A stretch of DNA of 40,221 bases from an uncultured Methanosarcinales archaeon (GCA_964590935.1 CAZPXC010000002.1:12885-53105); one strand, 5' to 3'; numbered from the stretch's first letter, positions 1 to 7,307 are shown. Program-made: numbers and translations. Notes: generated from the letters alone by a model not told the origin.

Positions 1-180
1 TCAGGCTTGGCTTCTTTTGATCCCGGCTTTGCTTCCGGTTTCTTCTCAGGCTTGGCTTCTTTTGGCTCGGGCTTTGCTTCCGGTTTCTTTTCAGGCTTGG
101 CTTCTTTTGATCCCGGCTTTGCTTCTGGTTTCTTCTCAGGCTTGGCTTCTTTTGGCTCGGGCTTTGCTTCCGGTTTCTTC
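1..180 (-). repeat. in-frame tandem repeat, 4 x 45 bp (2 x 90 bp higher-order unit), inside the uL22 tail
   Basis: Units at 1-45, 46-90, 91-135 and 136-180 (tcaggcttggcttcttttg[a/g][t/c]c[c/g]cggctttgcttc[c/t]ggtttctt[c/t]). Alternate units are nearly identical. The minus strand codes EKKPEAKPEPKEAKP / EKKPEAKPGSKEAKP. A degenerate continuation runs to about 236. Confidence 0.9.
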
Positions 181-671
181 CCGGCCTTAACTTCCTTTGG
201 TTCCGCCTTCGCCTCAGCCTTCTTCCCGGCCTTTGCCTCCTCTTCAACGACAATCTCTATATGTGTCCTTTTCATCCTTCTCCTTCTGGCCCTGCCGTAA
301 TGCCACGGCCTTGATGCAAGGTTTGCTGATGCATGTATGATCTTTAGCTGCGAGGTGTTCAGCCCCTTGAACTGTGCATTTGACTCACAGGAGTCGATGA
401 CACGGATGATTTCTCCGCATGCCTTTACAGGGAACCTTCCGGGTCCGATGCCTTTCCTGTGGCCGACATTGTGGTTGAAACGTTTGAACGGGATCGCTGT
501 CCTGAGCTCTGCGGCATCCTGCAGCACTTTCCTGGCATCTACAAGCTTCCTGCCTCTTATATGGTTGCAGATCTCTATACAGTGTTTTGTCGACACGCTG
601 ACCGCCATCGCGACACAGCGCGCCATATGCTCACTGTTGTAGTCCTTTGAAGCATACTTGTAAATTGTCAT
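1..671 (-). CDS. rpl22: ribosomal protein uL22 (L22); 3' end runs off the window; long K/P/E/A repeat tail
   Basis: Absent from the ORF track because there is no stop in the window. Minus-strand ATG at 671 reads MTIYKYASKDYNSEHMARCVAMAVSVSTKHCIEICNHIRGRKLVDARKVLQDAAELRTAIPFKRFNHNVGHRKGIGPGRFPVKA...THIEIVVEEE, the archaeal uL22 pattern. It sits directly after S19 as in the conserved operon. Below about nt 236 the frame becomes KPEAKP-type repeats. Confidence 0.85.
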   Translation of the reverse strand, partial: MTIYKYASKDYNSEHMARCVAMAVSVSTKHCIEICNHIRGRKLVDARKVLQDAAELRTAIPFKRFNHNVGHRKGIGPGRFPVKACGEIIRVIDSCESNAQFKGLNTSQLKIIHASANLASRPWHYGRARRRRMKRTHIEIVVEEEAKAGKKAEAKAEPKEVKAGKKPEAKPEPKEAKPEKKPEAKPGSKEAKPEKKPEAKPEPKEAKPEKKPEAKPGSKEAKP

Positions 672-684
672 TTTCTGTTTATCC

Positions 685-1059
685 TTATCTTACCGATACG
701 CTTGCGCTTGAACGCGTTGCCCCGACGCCGGGTGAACTGTGCTCGACCTTTTTCCTCGTCAGGACAAACTCGCCGATATAATGCCCGATCATAAGGTCCT
801 GGATGGAGAGCATCTGGAACTCTTTTCCGTTATGCACCTTTATCGACTTGCCGACCATGCTGGGCAGTATTATCATGTCCCGGCAGTGGGTCTTTATATT
901 GTTCTTTTTCTCAAGCTTTTCAAGGAACATCTTCTGGGTGTCTGTCAGCCCCCTGAGAAGGGTCCTTCTCTGCCTCGACGGAAGAAGAGCTGCAAACTCC
1001 TTTATGCTCATCTCCCGCAGTTCCTCCAGGCTTTTGCCCCTGTACTTGAAATTGTCCAT
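685..1059 (-). CDS. rps19: ribosomal protein uS19 (S19)
   Basis: 124 aa. [48 protein letters not shown] is the uS19 core. It lies between L2 and L22. Confidence 0.93.
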   Translation of the reverse strand: MDNFKYRGKSLEELREMSIKEFAALLPSRQRRTLLRGLTDTQKMFLEKLEKKNNIKTHCRDMIILPSMVGKSIKVHNGKEFQMLSIQDLMIGHYIGEFVLTRKKVEHSSPGVGATRSSASVSVR

Positions 1060-1079
1060 CTGAATATCACCTTTGGATT

Positions 1080-1793
1080 TTACCTTTTCTTCTTGCCTGT
1101 CCTTCTCGGCCTTATCTTGCCGACCTTTGCACCCGGCGGTGCGTGCCTTCTGGCGATGGTCGGCCTTCCTTTTTTGCTCGACCTGCTCGTACCGTATGGA
1201 TGGTCGACAGCGTTCATCGATGTGCCTGATACCTTCGGATAAAGCCTGTTCCTGGCCCTCATCTTATGATACCTTGTCCCTGCTTTCACCAAAGGCTTCT
1301 CTGTCCGCCCTGAACCGGCTATCATGCCGATGTTTGCCCTGCATTTAGGGCTAAACACCTTCTCCTGCTTGGACGGCAGGAGCACGACGACACGGTTGTT
1401 GCTCCTTGAGATGACCCTTGCCGCAAGCCCTGAGCTTCTCACGAACTTGCCGCCGTCTCCGGGCTGGTTTTCGATATTATATATAAGGGTTCCCTCGGGG
1501 ATGTCCCTGAGCGCCAGGCAGTTCCCTGCACCCAGTTCTGTATAACCAACGGCGATCTCCTGGTTGACCGATATCCCTTCTGGCGCGATTATATAGCTTG
1601 TCTCACCGTTCTTATAGCTGACCTTTGCCAATGGCCCTGAATGCCCCGGACAATGGACCAGGTCGATTACCTTTCCCTTCACCTGGTTGTGCTTCAGGCT
1701 GACATGCCTGACAGCGGCCCTGAACCTGTGGCCGGGCGACTTATATGTAGGCGTTCCTCTTCCTCTTCTTTGTGATATTATCCTTTTTCCCAT
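1080..1793 (-). CDS. rpl2: ribosomal protein uL2 (L2)
   Basis: 237 aa. Contains [40 protein letters not shown] and [19 protein letters not shown], all typical archaeal uL2 motifs. Operon position fits. Confidence 0.95.
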   Translation of the reverse strand: MGKRIISQRRGRGTPTYKSPGHRFRAAVRHVSLKHNQVKGKVIDLVHCPGHSGPLAKVSYKNGETSYIIAPEGISVNQEIAVGYTELGAGNCLALRDIPEGTLIYNIENQPGDGGKFVRSSGLAARVISRSNNRVVVLLPSKQEKVFSPKCRANIGMIAGSGRTEKPLVKAGTRYHKMRARNRLYPKVSGTSMNAVDHPYGTSRSSKKGRPTIARRHAPPGAKVGKIRPRRTGKKKR

Positions 1794-2054
1794 TTACATC
1801 ATGCCCAGTTTGGTCGCGAGGTCAATCGCCGGGTAATCATCAGCGAGCTTGACATACGCCTTCTTTGTGCCCTTGTTTGTGATAAAGGTATTCACTTTAG
1901 TGATCTTGACCTTGTAAGCTTCCTCGACTGCCTGTTTTATCTGGCTCTTGGTGGCTTTCCTCTCGACAATAAAGATCATCTTGTTCTCTGTATCCATGAG
2001 CCTTATCGCCTTCTCGGTCCCTGACGGGTATTTGATGATCTTGAACGCGTCCAT
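1794..2054 (-). CDS. rpl23: ribosomal protein uL23 (L23)
   Basis: 86 aa. IIKYPSGTEKAIRLMDTENKMIFIVERKATKSQIKQAVEEAYKVKITKVNT matches the uL23 pattern. It abuts the L2 start. Confidence 0.92.
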   Translation of the reverse strand: MDAFKIIKYPSGTEKAIRLMDTENKMIFIVERKATKSQIKQAVEEAYKVKITKVNTFITNKGTKKAYVKLADDYPAIDLATKLGMM

Positions 2055-2055
2055 C

Positions 2056-3084
2056 TTACTTCGGCCCCGTATCTTCAGCGGCCTTCACATCCTTCTTTTC
2101 ATCCTTCTTTCCAGCTTCCTGCTTAACATCTGCTGGTGCTGGCTTAGCCCCTGGTTTCTTATCCTTATCAGCCAGGGTCTTTTCTGGTTTTGCAGGAGCT
2201 TTTTTCGGCTTCATTGCCTTTTTCTCAGCTTTCTTCTCTTTCTCCTGGCTTTTTTCTTTTGTTTTCGGTCTCTCGATATCCATGAACAGCTGTTTTTTCT
2301 CGAGCATGTCGATCGCGTTTTCTGTAAACAGGGTAAGCCTGCCTGCTTTTGCCCCTGGTGCAAGAAGCTTTGCATTAAGCCTGTCGACCCTGACAACATC
2401 AATGCCTGCTATGTTCTTGCCTGACCTGAGCAGGTTGCAGCTGTCTCCCACGACGATAAGCGGGCCGATCTTCCTCCTGTATTTCCTTCCGCGCATCTTT
2501 CCCCTGCCTGCACGGACCTTCTTTTCCTTGACCCTTTCAAGCTCATCTCCAAGCAGGAGCTTTTCCAGAAGCGCCTGCACATCCTTTGTCCTGTCGATGG
2601 ATTCTGCCTTTGTATCGAGCAGGAAAGGGTAGTTCTCCGGCGCTGCGTGCCCTCTCTGCAGTGCTATCTCCCTTATCATGGTCGCGGTCATCGCCGAGCG
2701 AATGGCCTTTCTTCTCTCTTTCCTGTTCAGTTTCGCAGACCATGTCTTCTCTGCCTTTGGGGGGTGTGCACGCCTTCCCTTGACTGTTCCAGGTGCAAAG
2801 GCGCCCACCCAGTTCATCCGGGTCCCCCTTCTTGATAATATCTTCCTTGGAACCCTTGATATTCCCTGGCCGTAAGAACCCCTGTACTTGTGCCTTCGTC
2901 TTGACAGCTCTGCCGAAGCACGCTTTCCGGCCATGGGATCAGCACCGTACGGCTGCCTCATGTTTGATTCGATGGTTACCACTGCCCTTTTTATCAGGTC
3001 TGTGCGTATGGGCTCGGTGAACTGCACAGGCAGCTCTCTTTTCCCGACTTCAGTCCTTGCAGTGTTAAATATGGTCAGTTTCAT
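2056..3084 (-). CDS. rpl4: ribosomal protein uL4 (L4) with a roughly 74-aa K/E/P/A-rich C-terminal extension
   Basis: 342 aa. The N-terminal ~265 aa are uL4-like (YGADPMAGKRASAELSRRRHKYRGSYGQGISRVPRK, GPLIVVG). The tail DIERPKTKEKSQEKEKKAEKKAMKPKKAPAKPEK...KDVKAAEDTGPK (nt 2056-2280) is low complexity. Confidence 0.9.
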   Translation of the reverse strand: MKLTIFNTARTEVGKRELPVQFTEPIRTDLIKRAVVTIESNMRQPYGADPMAGKRASAELSRRRHKYRGSYGQGISRVPRKILSRRGTRMNWVGAFAPGTVKGRRAHPPKAEKTWSAKLNRKERRKAIRSAMTATMIREIALQRGHAAPENYPFLLDTKAESIDRTKDVQALLEKLLLGDELERVKEKKVRAGRGKMRGRKYRRKIGPLIVVGDSCNLLRSGKNIAGIDVVRVDRLNAKLLAPGAKAGRLTLFTENAIDMLEKKQLFMDIERPKTKEKSQEKEKKAEKKAMKPKKAPAKPEKTLADKDKKPGAKPAPADVKQEAGKKDEKKDVKAAEDTGPK

Positions 3085-3085
3085 C

Positions 3086-4075
3086 TTAATTTCCCTGTTT
3101 TGACTCCTGATTTATGTAAGTAATGTTCGGCTTTTCTGTTGGCACATTCTTGTCCGGCCTTGATGCCAGATTGAACCTCACGAGGCGTTTTGCAGGCCCC
3201 TGCACAGAGCCCTTGACAATGATATAATATCCTTTCACGTCGCCGTACCTGATAAAGCCCCCCTTTGGATTTACTTCTTCAGGTTTGTCCGATACCTTGA
3301 GCAGCCATTTGTTATACTCTGTCCTGGTGTGATAGCCTGTCTGGCCTGCATGCGCGATCCTGTACATGAAATGTCCCTGTGCTTTCCATCCGCCCAATGA
3401 ACCGGGATTCCTCCTGGCTTTCTCAGCCTTGTGCGATGTGAGGCCTATACCGAACCTCTTGACCGGCCCCTGAAAACCCTTTCCCTTGGTGACAGCGTGA
3501 AAATCGAGCAACTGCCCTTCATCAAAGACATTGTTGACAAAAACCTCCTTGCCAAGGTTCTCCTTTGCAAACTTAAGCCTGTCCTCGTTTGAGCCTCCGA
3601 GCGCGACCTCGAAGAGTTCCGGCTTTTTCTTGCCTACTGCACTCATCTTCGGCTGGGTATATACATTTACCCTGATATCATAATAATCAGCAGGATTCAG
3701 GCCCTCGAGCTTTTTCTCGTCTGGCTTTTTTGGCGAAGGTATCTTCCTCTTCAGCTCATTGTCGACCTTGCCGTAGATCTCGTCTTTCAGCTTCAGGCCG
3801 GATGCATCCAGCTTGTAGAGCCTGATGGAAGCTATCTTTAATGGCGGGCATTCGATGACTGTTGCCGGTACAGCGACCTCCTCTCCCTTGCTCTTTGAGC
3901 GCTTTCGGTTTTCAAGATAGGTAAGAGTGGTCATGCCTGCCTTGTATCCTGCAAAGCCAAGAAGTTTTGCCTTGCCCGAGCTGGGCCAGGACTTGACTCT
4001 AGCATAAGCTCTCTTGGCCCTTTTCCTTGGCCAGTACTGCATTGAACCGTGTCTCGGTGACCTTGTTGTAGGCAT
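3086..4075 (-). CDS. rpl3: ribosomal protein uL3 (L3)
   Basis: 329 aa. PRHGSMQYWPRKRAKR, FAGYKAGMT, VTKGKGFQGPVKRFG and HAGQTGYHTRTEYNK are archaeal uL3 hallmarks. It is the first gene of the operon. Confidence 0.95.
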   Translation of the reverse strand: MPTTRSPRHGSMQYWPRKRAKRAYARVKSWPSSGKAKLLGFAGYKAGMTTLTYLENRKRSKSKGEEVAVPATVIECPPLKIASIRLYKLDASGLKLKDEIYGKVDNELKRKIPSPKKPDEKKLEGLNPADYYDIRVNVYTQPKMSAVGKKKPELFEVALGGSNEDRLKFAKENLGKEVFVNNVFDEGQLLDFHAVTKGKGFQGPVKRFGIGLTSHKAEKARRNPGSLGGWKAQGHFMYRIAHAGQTGYHTRTEYNKWLLKVSDKPEEVNPKGGFIRYGDVKGYYIIVKGSVQGPAKRLVRFNLASRPDKNVPTEKPNITYINQESKQGN

Positions 4076-4298
4076 TTTCGCTTCTATTTAGACAAAATAC
4101 CCTAGTATTTTGTCATTTTTTTCAAAAATAAGCCTATTTGCGAAGTTTTACAGAAGAACAAGTTTATTTAGCTAAACTTTGTACTGAAAAACTTCTTTTC
4201 AGGCTCTGTTTATGTATAATATAGTGTTTAAAGCGTTATTTGTTATTTTAAACACTTTTGTAAGGTTTTCAGCTTGAAATTGCAGGTATTTATAAAGA

Positions 4299-4703
4299 TT
4301 ATGGTTCCTGCAGTGAGGCGATCACATTGTCAGCCTCCTTAAGAATCTCTTTCATATCCTTGTATTTTAATTTCCCCAATGATTCTTTTAGCCCGAAAAA
4401 CCCGGATTTGGTATGCTCTGAGGACAGCACCACTTCTTTATCAGGCACCATGGCCAGGAAGTATGTGACTTCCTTTGGCCCGGATTCCAGCATATAGCGG
4501 GTTTTCCAGCCCTGCGACCCTATCACCTCGACCCTAAGCCCGGTCTCCTCAATGGTTTCTCTCATCGCGGTCTGGGCCAGTGTTTCATTTTTCTTTGCCT
4601 TGCCTTTCGGAAATCCCCAGTGGCCGTCAACATGCTTGAGAAGAAGGTATTTTACTTTCCCGTTCTCTTTTTTGAAGGCGATCACTCCTGCTGAAATTAT
4701 CAT
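4299..4703 (-). CDS. Nudix hydrolase (Ap4A-hydrolase-like)
   Basis: Nudix box GFPKGKAKKNETLAQTAMRETIEETGL (Gx5Ex7REUxEExGU). I prefer the ATG at 4703 (MIISAGVIAFKK) because TTTAAATATAA lies about 23 nt upstream on the minus strand, giving a leaderless start. The ORF track's longer version starts at 4784. Confidence 0.8.
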   Translation of the reverse strand: MIISAGVIAFKKENGKVKYLLLKHVDGHWGFPKGKAKKNETLAQTAMRETIEETGLRVEVIGSQGWKTRYMLESGPKEVTYFLAMVPDKEVVLSSEHTKSGFFGLKESLGKLKYKDMKEILKEADNVIASLQEP

Positions 4704-4726
4704 TATATTATAATGGGAGATATCAA

Positions 4727-4737
4727 TTATATTTAAA
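4727..4737 (-). promoter_or_regulatory. TATA box for a leaderless Nudix transcript
   Basis: The minus strand reads TTTAAATATAA about 23 nt upstream of ATG 4703. The same TTTAAATA core is seen before several other genes in the window. Confidence 0.4.
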
Positions 4738-4810
4738 GTGATACGCTTAATGTTAAGTAAAATTCTTATGTGCTCATCTGGCATTAAGGAAATTTATATT
4801 TTATTTTTAA

Positions 4811-5123
4811 TCGTGCAGGTGAAATTTTTTCATACTCCAAAATGGAACATTTTTGGTACCCTAAAAATCTAATAGATTTTTATGGTTTCATGGCTGCAAA
4901 CTGGCTTCTACACGGCGCTGAGGGCGCCTGCCAGTTTGCGCCATGAAAAAATTTCAATTTGAGTTGCCCTTCGGGCTAGCTTGTTGCACTTACAGAAAAA
5001 ATCCAGCCACGGCCGGGCGTAGCTGACCATGTTCTCTTGCGAAGCGAGAGGTTATGGTCAGCGAAGTAGGCCGCTGAACCGCAAGTTCGTGGCCGTCCGT
5101 GCCCTGGGTGGATGGATTTTTTC
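4811..5123 (+). repeat. structured intergenic repeat family, copy A (candidate ncRNA or MITE-like element)
   Basis: The core hairpin at 4889-4945 is homologous in structure to 15481-15533 and 35446-35498. There are extra triloop hairpins at 4838-4859 and 4863-4881. A 16-bp stem (4995-5010 with 5108-5123) encloses a nested 9-bp (5022-5030/5054-5062) and 7-bp (5034-5040/5044-5050) hairpin. Confidence 0.6.
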
Positions 5124-5220
5124 TTGACTCGAATAAAAAGAAATCAAATTAGAAACCAGGCATAACGCCAATAAAACATTTCAATACAATCCATTCAAAT
5201 TAGGTTGCATAAAATCTAAA

Positions 5221-5236
5221 CGCCGAGGCGGGGATT
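5221..5236 (-). repeat. duplicated tRNA-Ser 3' end (16-nt direct repeat of 5326-5341)
   Basis: cgccgaggcggggatt occurs at 5221-5236 and again at 5326-5341. The second copy is the T-loop to 3'-acceptor end of the tRNA. I could not fold a cloverleaf around the first copy. Confidence 0.7.
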
Positions 5237-5325
5237 CCCAGAGTGCGGTAGCACGATGGGGGCCGGGAAACTTGTTTCCCGAGCATGTTCAAATCCCAAG
5301 GTTGTTCCATAAACAGAATAAAATA

Positions 5326-5448
5326 CGCCGAGGCGGGGATTTGAACCCCGAAGACCAAAGGTCACAGGATCTTTGCAGATAATGCGTGGTTTCATACCGG
5401 CCATGGTCGATAGCAATCCTGCGCAGTACCAGATTGTGCCACCTCGGC
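5326..5448 (-). tRNA. tRNA-Ser (anticodon GCU) with a 40-nt intron after position 37
   Basis: The minus strand reads GCCGAGG-TG-GCAC..CTGC-G-CAGGA-TTGCTA[intron 5371-5410]A-TCCTG-TGACCTTTGGTCTT-CGGGG-TTCAAAT-CCCCG-CCTCGGC-G. That gives a 7-bp acceptor, 5-bp anticodon and T stems and a 14-nt long variable arm, i.e. class II. The anticodon is at 5412-5414. Confidence 0.85.
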
Positions 5449-5614
5449 ATGTGTTTTAGCCTGATTCTCCTGCGATAAAAAATATTTTGGCCCCTTTTGC
5501 TGGAGAACGCCTGGTTATTTTATAAATTTTTCTACAAAAAAATTGCATCATAACAACAAAATTTAAATATAAGCTCATCCCAGAAATTACTAACAGTTTA
5601 TGGGGTGATATTGA

Positions 5615-5827
5615 ATGGCAAAAACCATTAAAGTGAAGAAAGTAGGTGTCAAGAAAAAGGATGGCTACTTATACTTCGTCGATAAGAAAGGGGACATCTC
5701 CATGGTCAAGATGAACCGTGGCGGCAAGAGGAAAAAGAAGAAAAAAGCAGCGAAGAAGAGAAAACCTGCAAAGAAAAGGAAGCCGGCCAAAAAGAAAAAA
5801 GCAGCTAAAAGGAGACGAAGGAGATAA
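5615..5827 (+). CDS. small polybasic protein: roughly 33-aa beta-rich N-domain plus a K/R tail
   Basis: 70 aa. MAKTIKVKKVGVKKKDGYLYFVDKKGDISMVKM is followed by GGKRKKKKKAAKKRKPAKKRKPAKKKKAAKRRRRR. A GGGGTGAT Shine-Dalgarno lies 5 nt upstream, with a TATA-like ATTTAAATATAA further upstream. Confidence 0.6.
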   Translation: MAKTIKVKKVGVKKKDGYLYFVDKKGDISMVKMNRGGKRKKKKKAAKKRKPAKKRKPAKKKKAAKRRRRR

Positions 5828-5833
5828 ACACTA

Positions 5834-5849
5834 TTTATTTTTTTTTCTT
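5834..5849 (+). terminator. oligo-T terminator
   Basis: A T9 run at 5838-5846 sits immediately after the stop of the polybasic protein gene. Archaeal terminators are typically oligo-T. Confidence 0.4.
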
Positions 5850-5883
5850 AATTTGAATTCTTTTGTATTATCTGACGGCATAA

Positions 5884-6046
5884 GCTTCATCCAAAAACTC
5901 GCTAACGCTCGGGTTAGCATCGGCTTCGGTCTTGCTCATTCATCTTGAAGAGTTGGTATCCCCGCAGGGGACAACCCCCTCCCAACTTTAAAAATATTCT
6001 CGAAGGGCCTACGCGTATTGATGCTAACCTTCTTTTTGGATGAAGC
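5884..6046. mobile_element. 163-bp MITE-like palindromic element
   Basis: The terminal inverted repeats are bipartite: gcttcatccaaaaa (5884-5897) with tttttggatgaagc (6033-6046), and ggttagcatc (5912-5921) with gatgctaacc (6020-6029). A 44-nt half copy is at 13265-13308 (36/44 identical). Confidence 0.45.
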
Positions 6047-6060
6047 AAGTAGCATAACAA

Positions 6061-6070
6061 TATTTATAAA
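6061..6070 (+). promoter_or_regulatory. TATA box upstream of the 6095 gene
   Basis: TATTTATAAA lies 24 nt before ATG 6095, the spacing expected for a leaderless transcript. Confidence 0.4.
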
Positions 6071-6094
6071 TGAATTCCGGCACTGTCACATCCA

Positions 6095-7189
6095 ATGGAA
6101 AAGGGTGAAGAGATAATAAAAGGATTTTTCAAGGAGAGGTTCGGCAGCCTGGTCGCTGAGGAGCTGTTCAGGGAAAGGATGGACAGGCTGAAGATTGCTA
6201 ATTTTGAAAATATGGACAACCAGCAGAGGATCGCCACAGGACAGCAGATGATCGAGGAGATATGCAGCACATTTCTCAGCCCTGAGAAGGTAAGGAACAT
6301 GAAGCTCCTTTTCCTGCTCAGGTTCTCATTGAACGAGGCAGGAAAGAAGGTGACAGACGCCCTTAAAAAAGAGTGTGATATCAGGATAGAGTCTCCAGAA
6401 GACATAACAAGCGCAGAGCTTGAGGAATACACCAGCAGCCTTGACAGCACGGACAACACAAGCTTTGGATACCAGCTGTCAGCAATACTGGACGGTGCAA
6501 TAATCATCACGATGAGCAACAAGGGCGCACTGGAGCTGGCAAAAGAGATAATGCAGTCCATGATGGGGGCTGAAGGGGACAGCGACGAGCTTAATGACCT
6601 CAAGCTGTCAGCGATTGGGGAGTTCTTCACGATCATCCTGCCTGTCTTCACAAAAACAGTGGGCGACGCCTTCGACCAGGAGGTCCTGTTCGCGCCAATG
6701 AAACAGGAAGAGATAAACTCAGAGCTGCTCTCAGGGGAAAGCGCAAGAAGCATGCAGCTGACCATCAAGACAAAGGTGCTGATATCGATCGGCGAGTTCA
6801 AAACAGAGGGAAACGTACTGTTCTTCGTAAAAAAGGCAAATGGAAAGATCAAAGAGATCCTGGACGAGGCGCATAAGGACCCGTTTGAGGAATCCCCTCC
6901 CAGGATCGTCGTGAAAAAGACCGGCAACCCCAGGCTTGACATGGCTGTCCTTTTCAGCATGCTCAGGATACCCGAAGAGAACATAGGGTTCATACTGAAG
7001 TCGATGAAAAAGGACAGTTTCGATGACTTTACCTATCTTGACTTCAGCAGGTTCTGCAAGATACTGATAGACGAGTTTATCTTCCACGCATCAGACAAGA
7101 AGCAGCGGTCGATAAAAGCCAATGTACTCCACATACTGTCCCTGAAAAAAGACACTGCCTATGACAGCGACGGTGTAGAATGGGTCTGA
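6095..7189 (+). CDS. hypothetical cytoplasmic protein with a weak CheC/CheX-like motif
   Basis: 364 aa with no signal peptide or TM helix. LSAIGEFFTIILPVFTKTVGDAFDQEVLFAP approximates the CheC-family site S-x3-E-x2-N-x22-P, seen here as S-x3-E-x2-T-x21-P. Otherwise unrecognised. Confidence 0.55.
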   Translation: MEKGEEIIKGFFKERFGSLVAEELFRERMDRLKIANFENMDNQQRIATGQQMIEEICSTFLSPEKVRNMKLLFLLRFSLNEAGKKVTDALKKECDIRIESPEDITSAELEEYTSSLDSTDNTSFGYQLSAILDGAIIITMSNKGALELAKEIMQSMMGAEGDSDELNDLKLSAIGEFFTIILPVFTKTVGDAFDQEVLFAPMKQEEINSELLSGESARSMQLTIKTKVLISIGEFKTEGNVLFFVKKANGKIKEILDEAHKDPFEESPPRIVVKKTGNPRLDMAVLFSMLRIPEENIGFILKSMKKDSFDDFTYLDFSRFCKILIDEFIFHASDKKQRSIKANVLHILSLKKDTAYDSDGVEWV

Positions 7190-7307
7190 AAATGATGATT
7201 ACCGGTGAGGCAGACATCAGGTACCTGGTAAAAAAACAGTCAATCAAAAACTGACCACAGGTCTCAGACCGGTGGAATTATCATATTCAAAATAACGAAA
7301 ATACAAG

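Noticed and set aside
7-300. Plus-strand ORF of 97 aa (MASFDPGFASGFFSGLASF...).
   Set aside because: It is the mirror frame of the uL22 K/P/E/A repeat tail. The low-complexity repeat keeps it open. The minus-strand frame is contiguous with a bona fide uL22 core.
739-1242. 167-aa plus-strand ORF across S19 and L2, plus several 60-160 aa plus-strand ORFs across L4 and L3.
   Set aside because: Shadow ORFs opposite highly conserved ribosomal protein genes.
4889-5123. Copy A as an SRP RNA or RNase P RNA gene.
   Set aside because: I could not find the conserved helix-8 GNAR/AGCA-type SRP motifs or the RNase P CR-I/CR-V sequences. The core hairpin is present in three copies, which housekeeping RNAs would not be.
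5221-5310. A possible second tRNA (split, permuted or multi-intron) using the duplicated CCTCGGCG end.
   Set aside because: I could not find a matching 5' acceptor strand, D arm or T stem on either strand. Only the last 16 nt are tRNA-like. Dedicated split-tRNA software should still be run.
5216-5416. 66-aa ORF overlapping the tRNA-Ser gene and its duplicated end.
   Set aside because: It is explained by the tRNA and the repeat, and its two identical ends (GNPRLGV) simply translate the 16-nt repeat.
6064-6993. 309-aa minus-strand ORF antisense to the 364-aa gene.
   Set aside because: It is Ser/Leu-rich low complexity, lies entirely inside a better-supported plus-strand CDS, and has no promoter or motif support.
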